From IMG/VR virus record IMGVR_UViG_3300010938_000034: a DNA stretch of 20,000 bases; one strand, 5' to 3'. The position numbers were made by a program, and so were the translations under genes. Numbering within the stretch: the first letter of the stretch is position 1; the number at the start of each line of letters is the position of its first letter. This document shows, in pieces, positions 1-7,275 of this stretch. The notes below the pieces were generated by a model that worked only from the letters and a program-made list of their open reading frames with translations, searched no databases and was not told where the DNA came from. Source of the DNA: an uncultured virus (IMG/VR IMGVR_UViG_3300010938_000034) (taxonomy: Duplodnaviria > Heunggongvirae > Uroviricota > Caudoviricetes).

Positions 1-35
1 AATTGAACCAGAAGAATACTAAGGGAGGTGATAAA

Positions 36-299
36 ATGAGTTTATTAAAAATTTTGCATTCTATACCTATGATGCCTATGGATTCATGGAATGATATAGT
101 AAAAAATTTAGATGCGGTTGAACTACAATCTCTTGATAGAGATGCTTCAAGTTGGGCAATTATTTATGCTATGTTTTCTGAATACCTTGCTTATAGAGGT
201 TCTGCTGGATTTGGAGACCATGGACATTATGACGCTTTAAAGCAAGCAAAAAAAATGGAAAAGAAAATTAGAAAAGCATTGGGTTATACTTATTCTTAG
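36..299 (+). CDS. hypothetical protein
   Basis: ORF track 3..299; the ATG at 36 (MSLLKIL) is preceded by the SD-like GGGAGGTG, so it is the more likely start. Confidence 0.7.
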   Translation: MSLLKILHSIPMMPMDSWNDIVKNLDAVELQSLDRDASSWAIIYAMFSEYLAYRGSAGFGDHGHYDALKQAKKMEKKIRKALGYTYS

Positions 300-309
300 G
301 AGAGCAAAA

Positions 310-540
310 ATGAAAAAAGAAAAATATCCAGCAGTTATTGTATATGAGCCTGTTTTTAATTATTTGATAGGTGCAATCCAATTAATTCACTTATCAACAA
401 AAGTTTATAAGAGAGAATGGGGGGAAACAGACAAATTTGTTATTAATAGGGTAAGAGAAATTGCCGAAGACGCACTCAAAGAATTTGAATATAGATTAAA
501 AAAGGGACATATAGTAGAAGGAGAATATTATAGATTTTAA
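310..540 (+). CDS. hypothetical protein
   Basis: 76-aa ORF with AGGAG SD, tightly packed with neighbours. Confidence 0.7.
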   Translation: MKKEKYPAVIVYEPVFNYLIGAIQLIHLSTKVYKREWGETDKFVINRVREIAEDALKEFEYRLKKGHIVEGEYYRF

Positions 541-562
541 ATAATAATGAAAGGATAAAATT

Positions 563-841
563 ATGAAGAAGACACTTAAACCTATAATAACTATGAAAGC
601 TAAAAAAGAAAATAGTAATATTTATCACATAATAGATAACAAGAAGTGTGGTCAGGTAGTTGTCGAAGCTTATGGATACCAGCAAATACCAACTGGAATG
701 GGATTTAGAGGAAAAGATTTTGTTATAGATATTTTGAAATATCCTATTTATAAAGGATACTGTTTGGGTTGTTCTAAAAAAGGATATTTTAGAACTGGTC
801 CTTATGAAATAAAAACTAAAAAAGTTAAACTTGGTAAATAA
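563..841 (+). CDS. small basic hypothetical protein (one CxxC)
   Basis: 92-aa ORF, AAGGA upstream, YCLGC motif. Confidence 0.65.
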   Translation: MKKTLKPIITMKAKKENSNIYHIIDNKKCGQVVVEAYGYQQIPTGMGFRGKDFVIDILKYPIYKGYCLGCSKKGYFRTGPYEIKTKKVKLGK

Positions 842-855
842 TAGGAGGTATAAAA

Positions 856-1407
856 ATGGCAAAGATAAGAAAACCTAAAAAAATAGTCGCAAAGAAATAT
901 GGAAAGTTTATTCATGAAATAATTACTCCAAGGGAAGAAATTCCTGAAAAAGCAAAATTCAGAACTATTAAAATGGATGCCCATAGAGTTTCAATCGCAT
1001 ATTGGGGAAAACCAGTAGCAGGGAAACATCCATTTTATGTGCTACATAAAATTCTCCACCCTAAGAAAAAAGGAGAACCTTGTAAATTAAAAGATAGATT
1101 GAAATTAATGGGAATTAAAGAGCTTGTTTTAGGAAGAGAATATGAAGTTGTAAGCAAATTACCAAAATTAACTGGCAAAAGAAGAGCAGGGAAATTGATT
1201 ACCGAAAATCCTAAACCAGTTAAAATTTATGATAAAATTTTAGCAATTGAGGCACAAAAAGGAGATAGCTCTTTATTTCCTAAACAATATTTCAGGCATG
1301 ATTTTAAAAAAGATAAAACACATGCTGAAATTTGGGGATTACCAGATGGGTCACTATTAATTAAATCGAAAAAAAGGAAAAAATTGTGGAAAAACTTTAA
1401 TTATTAA
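856..1407 (+). CDS. Lys-rich hypothetical protein, possible DNA-binding/core protein
   Basis: AGGAGG SD; very basic; ENP precedes a C-terminal domain containing YFRHDF. Confidence 0.7.
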   Translation: MAKIRKPKKIVAKKYGKFIHEIITPREEIPEKAKFRTIKMDAHRVSIAYWGKPVAGKHPFYVLHKILHPKKKGEPCKLKDRLKLMGIKELVLGREYEVVSKLPKLTGKRRAGKLITENPKPVKIYDKILAIEAQKGDSSLFPKQYFRHDFKKDKTHAEIWGLPDGSLLIKSKKRKKLWKNFNY

Positions 1408-1420
1408 TAGGAGGCAAAAA

Positions 1421-1666
1421 ATGAAAATACCAAAAGATTTAGTTTTATTACCAGACATTGATTATTTAACTGATGAAGAAATAGAACTGGTGGATAGAGC
1501 AAATTGGTTCGAAATTGATGGATGGTTATTTGCTTCTGCAAAAGAAATAAATTATCTTAGCGAAGTTCCTCCTGAAGAACTTGGAATAAATATTCGAAGA
1601 GCCAAAATACAATATATACCTCATATTTTACATAGATGGGATGAAGAAGGTTTTTATCATGCCTGA
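1421..1666 (+). CDS. acidic hypothetical protein
   Basis: AGGAGG SD, 81-aa ORF. Confidence 0.7.
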   Translation: MKIPKDLVLLPDIDYLTDEEIELVDRANWFEIDGWLFASAKEINYLSEVPPEELGINIRRAKIQYIPHILHRWDEEGFYHA

Positions 1667-1691
1667 AGATTAAATTTAAAGGAGGGTAAAG

Positions 1692-1988
1692 ATGGAAAAT
1701 ATTTCTAAAAAAACAAAGGAAATTATCAATCTGGCAAAAAAAATAAATTATGAAGCCTTGAATTATTATTATCCACATTCTCCTTCAACATTATTTCTTT
1801 GGATACTATCTGCTTTTGTCGGAGTTGATGATGAAATTGATGCTTTTAATACAATAAAATTTAAAGAGCCATTTCTTTCGTGGAGAGAAATGGAACTCCT
1901 AATAGATTGGTTGAATAGAATGTGGGAAATTTGTAAATATGATGAAGATATGCAATTATTATATAAAGCAATAATTAAAGGGAAATGA
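1692..1988 (+). CDS. hypothetical protein
   Basis: AAGGAGG SD, 98-aa ORF. Confidence 0.7.
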   Translation: MENISKKTKEIINLAKKINYEALNYYYPHSPSTLFLWILSAFVGVDDEIDAFNTIKFKEPFLSWREMELLIDWLNRMWEICKYDEDMQLLYKAIIKGK

Positions 1989-2059
1989 AGTTGATGAAAG
2001 GAGAAATGAAAATAAAAAGAAAAATTATTAATATAAAAATAGAAGGGAGGTGAAATGAT

Positions 2060-2974
2060 ATGGCAACTGAGGCTTTTTTAATTAATCCATATAAAATAAG
2101 AAGGCGAAGGCGGAGAATTGTTTTAGATAACCCTAAAGGTCTTCCTCCAGCTTTACTCTCAAGAATGATGAAAACTTATGGTAGAAGTCGTGGAATGAGA
2201 GAAGCTTGGAGACTTTACAGAATGGGAATTACAAAGAATGAACCAGAATTAAATCCTTGGGAGACTTTAACTATTCCAGAAAGGTCTTTCAGGATTTGGA
2301 GAGATTCAAGAACTGGTAGATTTGCAATTCCCCCAAGAAGAAAAAATTTAGGAGAGGAGGTGATGTTAATGAATCCAAGAAGAAGACGAAGACGCAGAGC
2401 CAGATATATTCTTGATAATGCATGGTTTGGAGACCCTGCTGGGCATAGAGCCGCAGCATTAAAAGGTTGGAGAACAAGGAGAATGAAACGTAATCCTTTT
2501 GGAGAAGAAGTGATGATTGTTGGGAATCCAAGAAGAAGAAGGAGAAGAATTAGAAGAAGGTTATTCAGAGATAATCCAAGAAGAGCAAAAGCAACAGCTT
2601 TACCTGCAATTTCTGTATCTAAACCAGCTTCTCTTTTAATGCCAGCTTTAGTTGGAACTGCTGCTTACATTGCAACAGAAAAAGTTCCATCAATGGTAAA
2701 TGTTACTTCTAATCTTCCAAGATTAGGAGTCAAAGCAGCAGTTGGCTTTGCTGGTAGTATTCTTTTATCAAGAGTTGCTAGTGGAAGAACTGCTGCTGTT
2801 TGGGCTATAGGCTCTTCAATTAATCTGGTATCAGATATTTTGAGAACCTATATTTTTAAAGGAACTGCATTAGCTGGTTTAGGTGCTTTTCCTCGTAGAG
2901 GGGTAACATACCATGCTGGTTCTCCTTTAGGAGCTTATCCTTCTGAATACCAGTTTTCAAATTATCCAATGTGA
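2060..2974 (+). CDS. Arg-rich Asn-Pro-repeat protein with C-terminal hydrophobic helices; putative membrane-anchored DNA-condensing core protein
   Basis: GGGAGGTG SD; seven NP motifs, three followed by long poly-Arg runs; three Ala/Gly-rich hydrophobic segments; LAGLGAFP near the C-terminus; lies directly upstream of the putative capsid gene. Confidence 0.65.
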   Translation: MATEAFLINPYKIRRRRRRIVLDNPKGLPPALLSRMMKTYGRSRGMREAWRLYRMGITKNEPELNPWETLTIPERSFRIWRDSRTGRFAIPPRRKNLGEEVMLMNPRRRRRRRARYILDNAWFGDPAGHRAAALKGWRTRRMKRNPFGEEVMIVGNPRRRRRRIRRRLFRDNPRRAKATALPAISVSKPASLLMPALVGTAAYIATEKVPSMVNVTSNLPRLGVKAAVGFAGSILLSRVASGRTAAVWAIGSSINLVSDILRTYIFKGTALAGLGAFPRRGVTYHAGSPLGAYPSEYQFSNYPM

Positions 2975-3075
2975 TAATCCTACCTTAAGCTCTTTGTAGC
3001 ATTTTTTTTCGTAGCCTTTGTGCTTACAAAATAGTGTTTCCATAGTGAGCAAAGATTGAAAGGAGGTGAAATGTT

Positions 3076-3189
3076 ATGCCTTTTGGACAAGCTATTCCAG
3101 CAACCCCTGCTGACCCATTACAGGCTCAGGGATTTAGAACGCAGCGTGCGGAACTTCCAGAGGATTTGTGGCAACCTTTGTATGACCGT
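3076..3189 (+). CDS. putative major capsid protein, exon 1 (38 codons, MPFGQ...QPLYDR)
   Basis: AAGGAGGTG SD; the exon ends at U3189, which forms the U.G pair of intron helix P1; joins in frame to 4300. Confidence 0.85.
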
Positions 3190-4299
3190 AAACTTTATGC
3201 GGTCAATAAATTCCATGAAGTCGGAGAAAATCCAGAACGGATAACTCCGAGCCGAGCCTAAAAGGCAGGTGTAGAGACTAAAGTATGAAGGAACTTTCTC
3301 CAAAAAGAAGATCAAAAAAAATACTTTTAGGAACTTTAATGGGAGACTCTTCTTTATTTGAAACTTCCCATAAGAAAGCTATGTTTAAAACTACGCATGG
3401 AGCAGACCAGATCCACTATCTTATGTATAAATTGAATGCTCTCTATCCACTTCTGGGAAGTTTTAGAGTTTCCTTTACAGGTGGAGGAAGTTTTGAGAGA
3501 TGGAATGCAAAGAAAAGGATAACCGCTTGGTCGTTAAGCTCTACCTATCTTAAACATATCTACGATGATTTCTATTCCAATAAAATTAAGAAGGTAAGGC
3601 TTAACGTTTTAAGAAGAATGGATGAGTCTTCTTTGGCTTTCTGGTATATGGATGATGGTTGTTTAGCAAAATCAAATGGAAAGTTTTATGGAATCCATTT
3701 AAATACTCAAGGATTCGATCTTGAGGATCAAGAAACCATCATCAAATATTTTAGCGAAACATGGAAGATAAAATTTCATATTACTGAAGAAAGAAAAAAT
3801 AATAAAACCTATTACTACTTGAGAGCGAACAAGGAAGATTCAGAAAGATTTTTAAATCTAATTAATCCTTTTATTTGCAGTTCCATGCTCTATAAAGTAG
3901 ATCCTTCATACGAAAGAATGGAACATTCCGATAGGGATGAAGATATAGTCCGAACCTTGCAGGAATGCAAGGAGATTATCAGAAATGATAATCCTTCGGA
4001 AGATTCTAAGATTGAACTAAATGGAGAAATTTTAGAGGATATATCCAAAAAAATTGAGACCAAAGGCTATTTTGTTAAAGTGAATCACTGGAGGCAGAAA
4101 ACTCCAATCATTTTTTTTAGAGTAAGTGGGGACTATGATTCATTAGAAAAAATTAAAATGGTCTTTGGTGGATGCATTTACTTTAGTAGAGTTTGGATAT
4201 ATCAAGCTACAATAAATAGTTTCAAAGAAAAAATATTCCCAAAAATTTCTCCATTCCTGAAAACAAATAAATTTAAGAATCTTCCGATGTAACATATTG
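3190..4299 (+). ncRNA. group I self-splicing intron (1110 nt) with internal LAGLIDADG ORF
   Basis: P1 TGACCGT 3183-3189/GCGGTCA 3199-3205 with U.G at the splice site; P3 TTCCAT 3211-3216/ATGGAA 3918-3923; P4 TCGGAG 3221-3226/CTCCGA 3245-3250; P7 GACTA 3276-3280/TAGTC 3946-3950, preceded by J8/7 AAGATA; P8 3924-3939; P9 hairpins with GGAA and GAAA tetraloops (3955-3972, 3974-3993); terminal G4299; P10 TTTAT 3194-3198 pairs with exon-2 GTAAA. Confidence 0.93.
3285..4292 (+). CDS. intron-encoded LAGLIDADG homing endonuclease (two-motif type) with C-terminal extension
   Basis: Motifs ILLGTLMGDSSL and SLAFWYMDDGCL, followed by LNTQGF; the ORF lies wholly inside the intron. Confidence 0.88.
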   Translation: MKELSPKRRSKKILLGTLMGDSSLFETSHKKAMFKTTHGADQIHYLMYKLNALYPLLGSFRVSFTGGGSFERWNAKKRITAWSLSSTYLKHIYDDFYSNKIKKVRLNVLRRMDESSLAFWYMDDGCLAKSNGKFYGIHLNTQGFDLEDQETIIKYFSETWKIKFHITEERKNNKTYYYLRANKEDSERFLNLINPFICSSMLYKVDPSYERMEHSDRDEDIVRTLQECKEIIRNDNPSEDSKIELNGEILEDISKKIETKGYFVKVNHWRQKTPIIFFRVSGDYDSLEKIKMVFGGCIYFSRVWIYQATINSFKEKIFPKISPFLKTNKFKNLPM

Positions 4300-4848
4300 G
4301 TAAATTACCCCAATGCTGGGACTACGCAGCTGTCGTTTTTCTCAACTCCTATGGGTCAGTCGGCAACATTAATTACAGGTGTGGGTGCGGCAGCAACAAA
4401 AGTTAAGGATTATAGGGATACCAATATGCAGAATGCTAATGTTGTTCCTACAAAACTTTTTAAATTTGTGGGAATCAGCATTGCATTCATTAATCAGATG
4501 CCAGGAGATCCAAACAATGCTGCCGATAGAGATAGGGTAAGGAACAATGCCTATCTTAGATTCAGGATTGTAGACAAGGATATTCTTTATATTCCTTTAG
4601 TCTGCATTCCCGAAGTGAATCCATTAGTTGTTGGTTCAACAACTGTTACAGCAACAACCATTTTGGGTTCTGCTGGTGGAGGTGGGCAGAATGTTCCAAT
4701 GTATAAGCTACCTATCCCTGTAACTTTGAATCCTTACGAGAACTTTAGTGTAGATATTGTGCTGTCTGCTGCTGTTGCTCTTGCAAGCAGTTCTTATAGC
4801 ATGGATATCTACATGATACTCCAAGGATTCATGAGAAGGCCAACTTAA
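4300..4848 (+). CDS. putative major capsid protein, exon 2 (182 aa; spliced product 220 aa; probable single jelly-roll)
   Basis: No SD or ATG of its own; in-frame junction LYDR|VNYPNAGTTQLSFF; beta-strand-rich, with C-terminal LPIPVTLNPYENFSVDI...IYMILQG pattern; capsid role inferred from composition and gene context. Confidence 0.7.
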   Translation, partial: VNYPNAGTTQLSFFSTPMGQSATLITGVGAAATKVKDYRDTNMQNANVVPTKLFKFVGISIAFINQMPGDPNNAADRDRVRNNAYLRFRIVDKDILYIPLVCIPEVNPLVVGSTTVTATTILGSAGGGGQNVPMYKLPIPVTLNPYENFSVDIVLSAAVALASSSYSMDIYMILQGFMRRPT

Positions 4849-4904
4849 CGAAATTATTAAGGATTTTCGTTTAGCAAGAAATTGCGAAGAGCAATTTCGG
4901 GAGG
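4847..4904 (+). promoter_or_regulatory. two tandem hairpins abutting the SD of the free-standing endonuclease gene
   Basis: AACGAAA 4847-4853/TTTCGTT 4865-4871; GAAATTGC 4878-4885/GCAATTTC 4891-4898; GGGAGG at 4899-4904. Confidence 0.5.
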
Positions 4905-4909
4905 AAGAT

Positions 4910-5707
4910 ATGGATATACCAAAAGAGGATTTAGCTTATATGGCAGGGTTTTTTGATGGTGAGGGATACATCTCCTTTTTTAAAGTAAGAGGAGAGGATT
5001 CAGTTGAATCTGGAATAACCCAAACTATTATGGAACCTTTGCTGTTATTTGCTAAATACTTCGATGGTAATATCCATAAAGGGAGAGTAACCCGAGGGGG
5101 ACTCCAGATATATAGGTTTAGAACCTCAAGTAAAGAGAATATTGGAGTCCTCCTTTCTTCCCTATTTCCTTATTTGATAGTTAAGAAATCGAAGGCTATG
5201 CTTGCGTTGAAATTTATTGGGAATGAGATACCTCAGGAGAGTGCGGATGAGAAGTTTCTTATTCCTTATATGGCTGGATTTTTTGATGCAGAAGGTTCGA
5301 TATCAGTAAGAGTTCGGAAAGAGGGCAAAAAAGTTAAAGTTTATGGTAATAAACTTCAACCATTAATTGTTATGCAACAGACCTGTATCGAACCGCTTCT
5401 TTTATTTAAAAAAACTTTTGATGGATATTTATATGAAAAAGGTTCAAAAACTCAAAAAGGTTCACCTATATTTTATTACAGACTTAACCTTTCGCAGATT
5501 CCCAGATTCTTTGAACTCCTTGGAAAGTATCTGATTGTTAAGCGTCAGCATGCAGAATTGGTTTTTAGACTTCAGCAGATAAAGTTGAAGCATAATGGTA
5601 AAGATCCAAAGATTCATGAGAAATGGGATATTGCGAAACAGATTATAGATTTGAATTCTAAGAAAGGGAATAAAGAGAATTGTAAAATTCTTCAACTTAT
5701 TAATTAA
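4910..5707 (+). CDS. free-standing double-motif LAGLIDADG homing endonuclease
   Basis: LAYMAGFFDGEGYI and IPYMAGFFDAEGSI motifs; own SD; lies between two intact genes with no intron core around it. Confidence 0.9.
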   Translation: MDIPKEDLAYMAGFFDGEGYISFFKVRGEDSVESGITQTIMEPLLLFAKYFDGNIHKGRVTRGGLQIYRFRTSSKENIGVLLSSLFPYLIVKKSKAMLALKFIGNEIPQESADEKFLIPYMAGFFDAEGSISVRVRKEGKKVKVYGNKLQPLIVMQQTCIEPLLLFKKTFDGYLYEKGSKTQKGSPIFYYRLNLSQIPRFFELLGKYLIVKRQHAELVFRLQQIKLKHNGKDPKIHEKWDIAKQIIDLNSKKGNKENCKILQLIN

Positions 5708-5733
5708 AATAAAAATTAAAGGAGGAAAATAAG

Positions 5734-6510
5734 ATGGCATGGAGAGAATATTTTATATATGGAATTAATTTTAGTAGTATAACTGCAGGTGATGGAACAT
5801 TATTTACAAGAGATATTATTAGGATGGATAGTGATTCTGATTTTGAACTTCAAAAAATAGTAGCTATAGCAACAAGTAGAAACTTAAGGATAAGAATTAT
5901 TGATGATTCAACTGGAAGGTTTTTAATAAAACAATCAGCAAGTTTGAGGGATATGGCAGGAGGTAGTATTTTAACACCTTTTATATTACCAAGACCTTTT
6001 CAGATTCTAGCAGGCTCAACATTAACAATTGAAGTTGCAGATTCTTCTGGAAAAAGTAATTCTTTAAGGCTTTATTTTCATGGTGCAAAAATAAGACCAG
6101 GAGACCCGCCTTGGGGAGTTTATGATAATGTTACTAAAAGAATAGTTATGAAAAAGTATAAAGCTGTTTTACCATTTATTTACAATACGGGAGTCCAAAC
6201 AGTTTCAGGAAGCTTATCCACTTATACAAGAATTGAAGTTGATAATGATGCACATTTTTTAATTCAAAAAATAACAGGATTTTCATCTCAGGCTATTTTA
6301 CTTGATTTCAAAGATATGCCTAGAGATATTAGCTGGCAGAATATAGCTATCCATCACGAAGCAATTTTAGGTAGCGGAGACTTTCCTAATATTTTATTTG
6401 CTAACAGATTTATACCAAGAGGTTCGGTTATATCTATAAATGTCCAGAACTTATCTTCAAGTCAAGCTACCTTTGAAATAAATCTTATAGGAGTGAAATT
6501 ATATGAATAA
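5734..6510 (+). CDS. putative capsid-associated protein made of two tandem homologous beta-sandwich domains
   Basis: Internal repeat: YFIY..MDSDSDFELQKI..PFIL..GSTLTIEV..FHGAKI versus PFIY..VDNDAHFLIQKI..PNIL..GSVISINV..LIGVKL. Confidence 0.6.
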   Translation: MAWREYFIYGINFSSITAGDGTLFTRDIIRMDSDSDFELQKIVAIATSRNLRIRIIDDSTGRFLIKQSASLRDMAGGSILTPFILPRPFQILAGSTLTIEVADSSGKSNSLRLYFHGAKIRPGDPPWGVYDNVTKRIVMKKYKAVLPFIYNTGVQTVSGSLSTYTRIEVDNDAHFLIQKITGFSSQAILLDFKDMPRDISWQNIAIHHEAILGSGDFPNILFANRFIPRGSVISINVQNLSSSQATFEINLIGVKLYE

Positions 6511-7267
6511 TATAAATTACTGTGATTGGAAGAGGATACCTCCTGATTTATGGCCAAGAATTTTAAAAGAATTAGGTGTAGTTCCTGAGGATGTAGTCAG
6601 AAGAGATAGACCTCCACAGCCCTATTTGGGAATAGGTATATATTTAGGTAAGGGGTTTCAGGGGAGAAGAATTTTAGTTACTACTACACCTACATTGATT
6701 ATACCTGCTGGACCTGCTTATCCATATATGATTTTGAATCCAACAAGAACAGTTGGTTTAACTACTTCAGGTCTTCTTTATTCTGGAACTGTAAATGCGG
6801 CTGGAAATACACAGGATAATCCTTTAGGAGTGGCAAACTATTTAAATTTGCATTTGTTTTTAAATGTTACTGCTGTAAGTGGAACTTGGGATTTTATATC
6901 TCAAGTGTATGATCCTGTTTCACTTAATTGGGCTGATTCACAAACTGTATTTAGTTCAATAAATTCAACTGGAACTTATTACGGATTTATAGGGCAGTTA
7001 GGAGTAGCTACTGATTTTGCAATAAGATGGGATCCCACAGCAGCAGGTTCGATTACATTTAGTTTATCCTATTCTTTAAAAGAAGGAACAATAGGTTCTT
7101 CTACTGGATTATCACAAACTATATTTATAGGCTCAAATAATGGAGTTACTCCTGATTCGGGATATCCGATTTTGGAAGGGCAAAAAGAAGTATTTGTAGT
7201 TGGGGAAAATGTTGAAATCTGGGCTGTCTCATATGTAAACCTTTATGTAAATATTTTCCAATTATAA
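6503..7267 (+). CDS. putative virion vertex/spike protein (beta-rich)
   Basis: Gly/Thr/Ser-rich, beta-strand pattern; TIFIG..GVT...GYPILEG resembles the C-terminal domain of 8559..9245. Confidence 0.55.
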   Translation: MNNINYCDWKRIPPDLWPRILKELGVVPEDVVRRDRPPQPYLGIGIYLGKGFQGRRILVTTTPTLIIPAGPAYPYMILNPTRTVGLTTSGLLYSGTVNAAGNTQDNPLGVANYLNLHLFLNVTAVSGTWDFISQVYDPVSLNWADSQTVFSSINSTGTYYGFIGQLGVATDFAIRWDPTAAGSITFSLSYSLKEGTIGSSTGLSQTIFIGSNNGVTPDSGYPILEGQKEVFVVGENVEIWAVSYVNLYVNIFQL

Positions 7268-7275
7268 GAGAATTA

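Noticed and set aside
2340..2590. AGA-rich repeats as a CRISPR array or non-coding tandem repeat
   Set aside because: They are poly-Arg codons within an ORF; there are no constant-length repeats with unique spacers
3190..3261. C-terminal 23 codons of the 61-aa ORF 3076..3261, and the overlapping ORFs 3056..3244 (+) and 3118..3315 (-)
   Set aside because: These are read-through into intron P1-P6 or shadow frames; the real coding part is exon 1 (3076-3189)
3285..4292. Intein interpretation of the LAGLIDADG insertion
   Set aside because: Not in frame with the host gene, has its own stop, lacks Cys/Ser-start and His-Asn-end splicing motifs, and a full group I RNA core is present
4297..4299. TTG start of the 183-aa ORF
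   Set aside because: No SD; the G of this TTG is the intron's terminal G, and the ORF is exon 2
4849..5733. Second intron around the free-standing endonuclease
   Set aside because: No P7 (GACTA/TAGTC) or J8/7 elements found; both flanking genes look complete
6034..6060. ADSSGKS as a Walker A motif of a packaging ATPase
   Set aside because: Spacing does not fit [AG]x4GK[ST], there is no Walker B, and the equivalent position in the second repeat is QNLSSSQ
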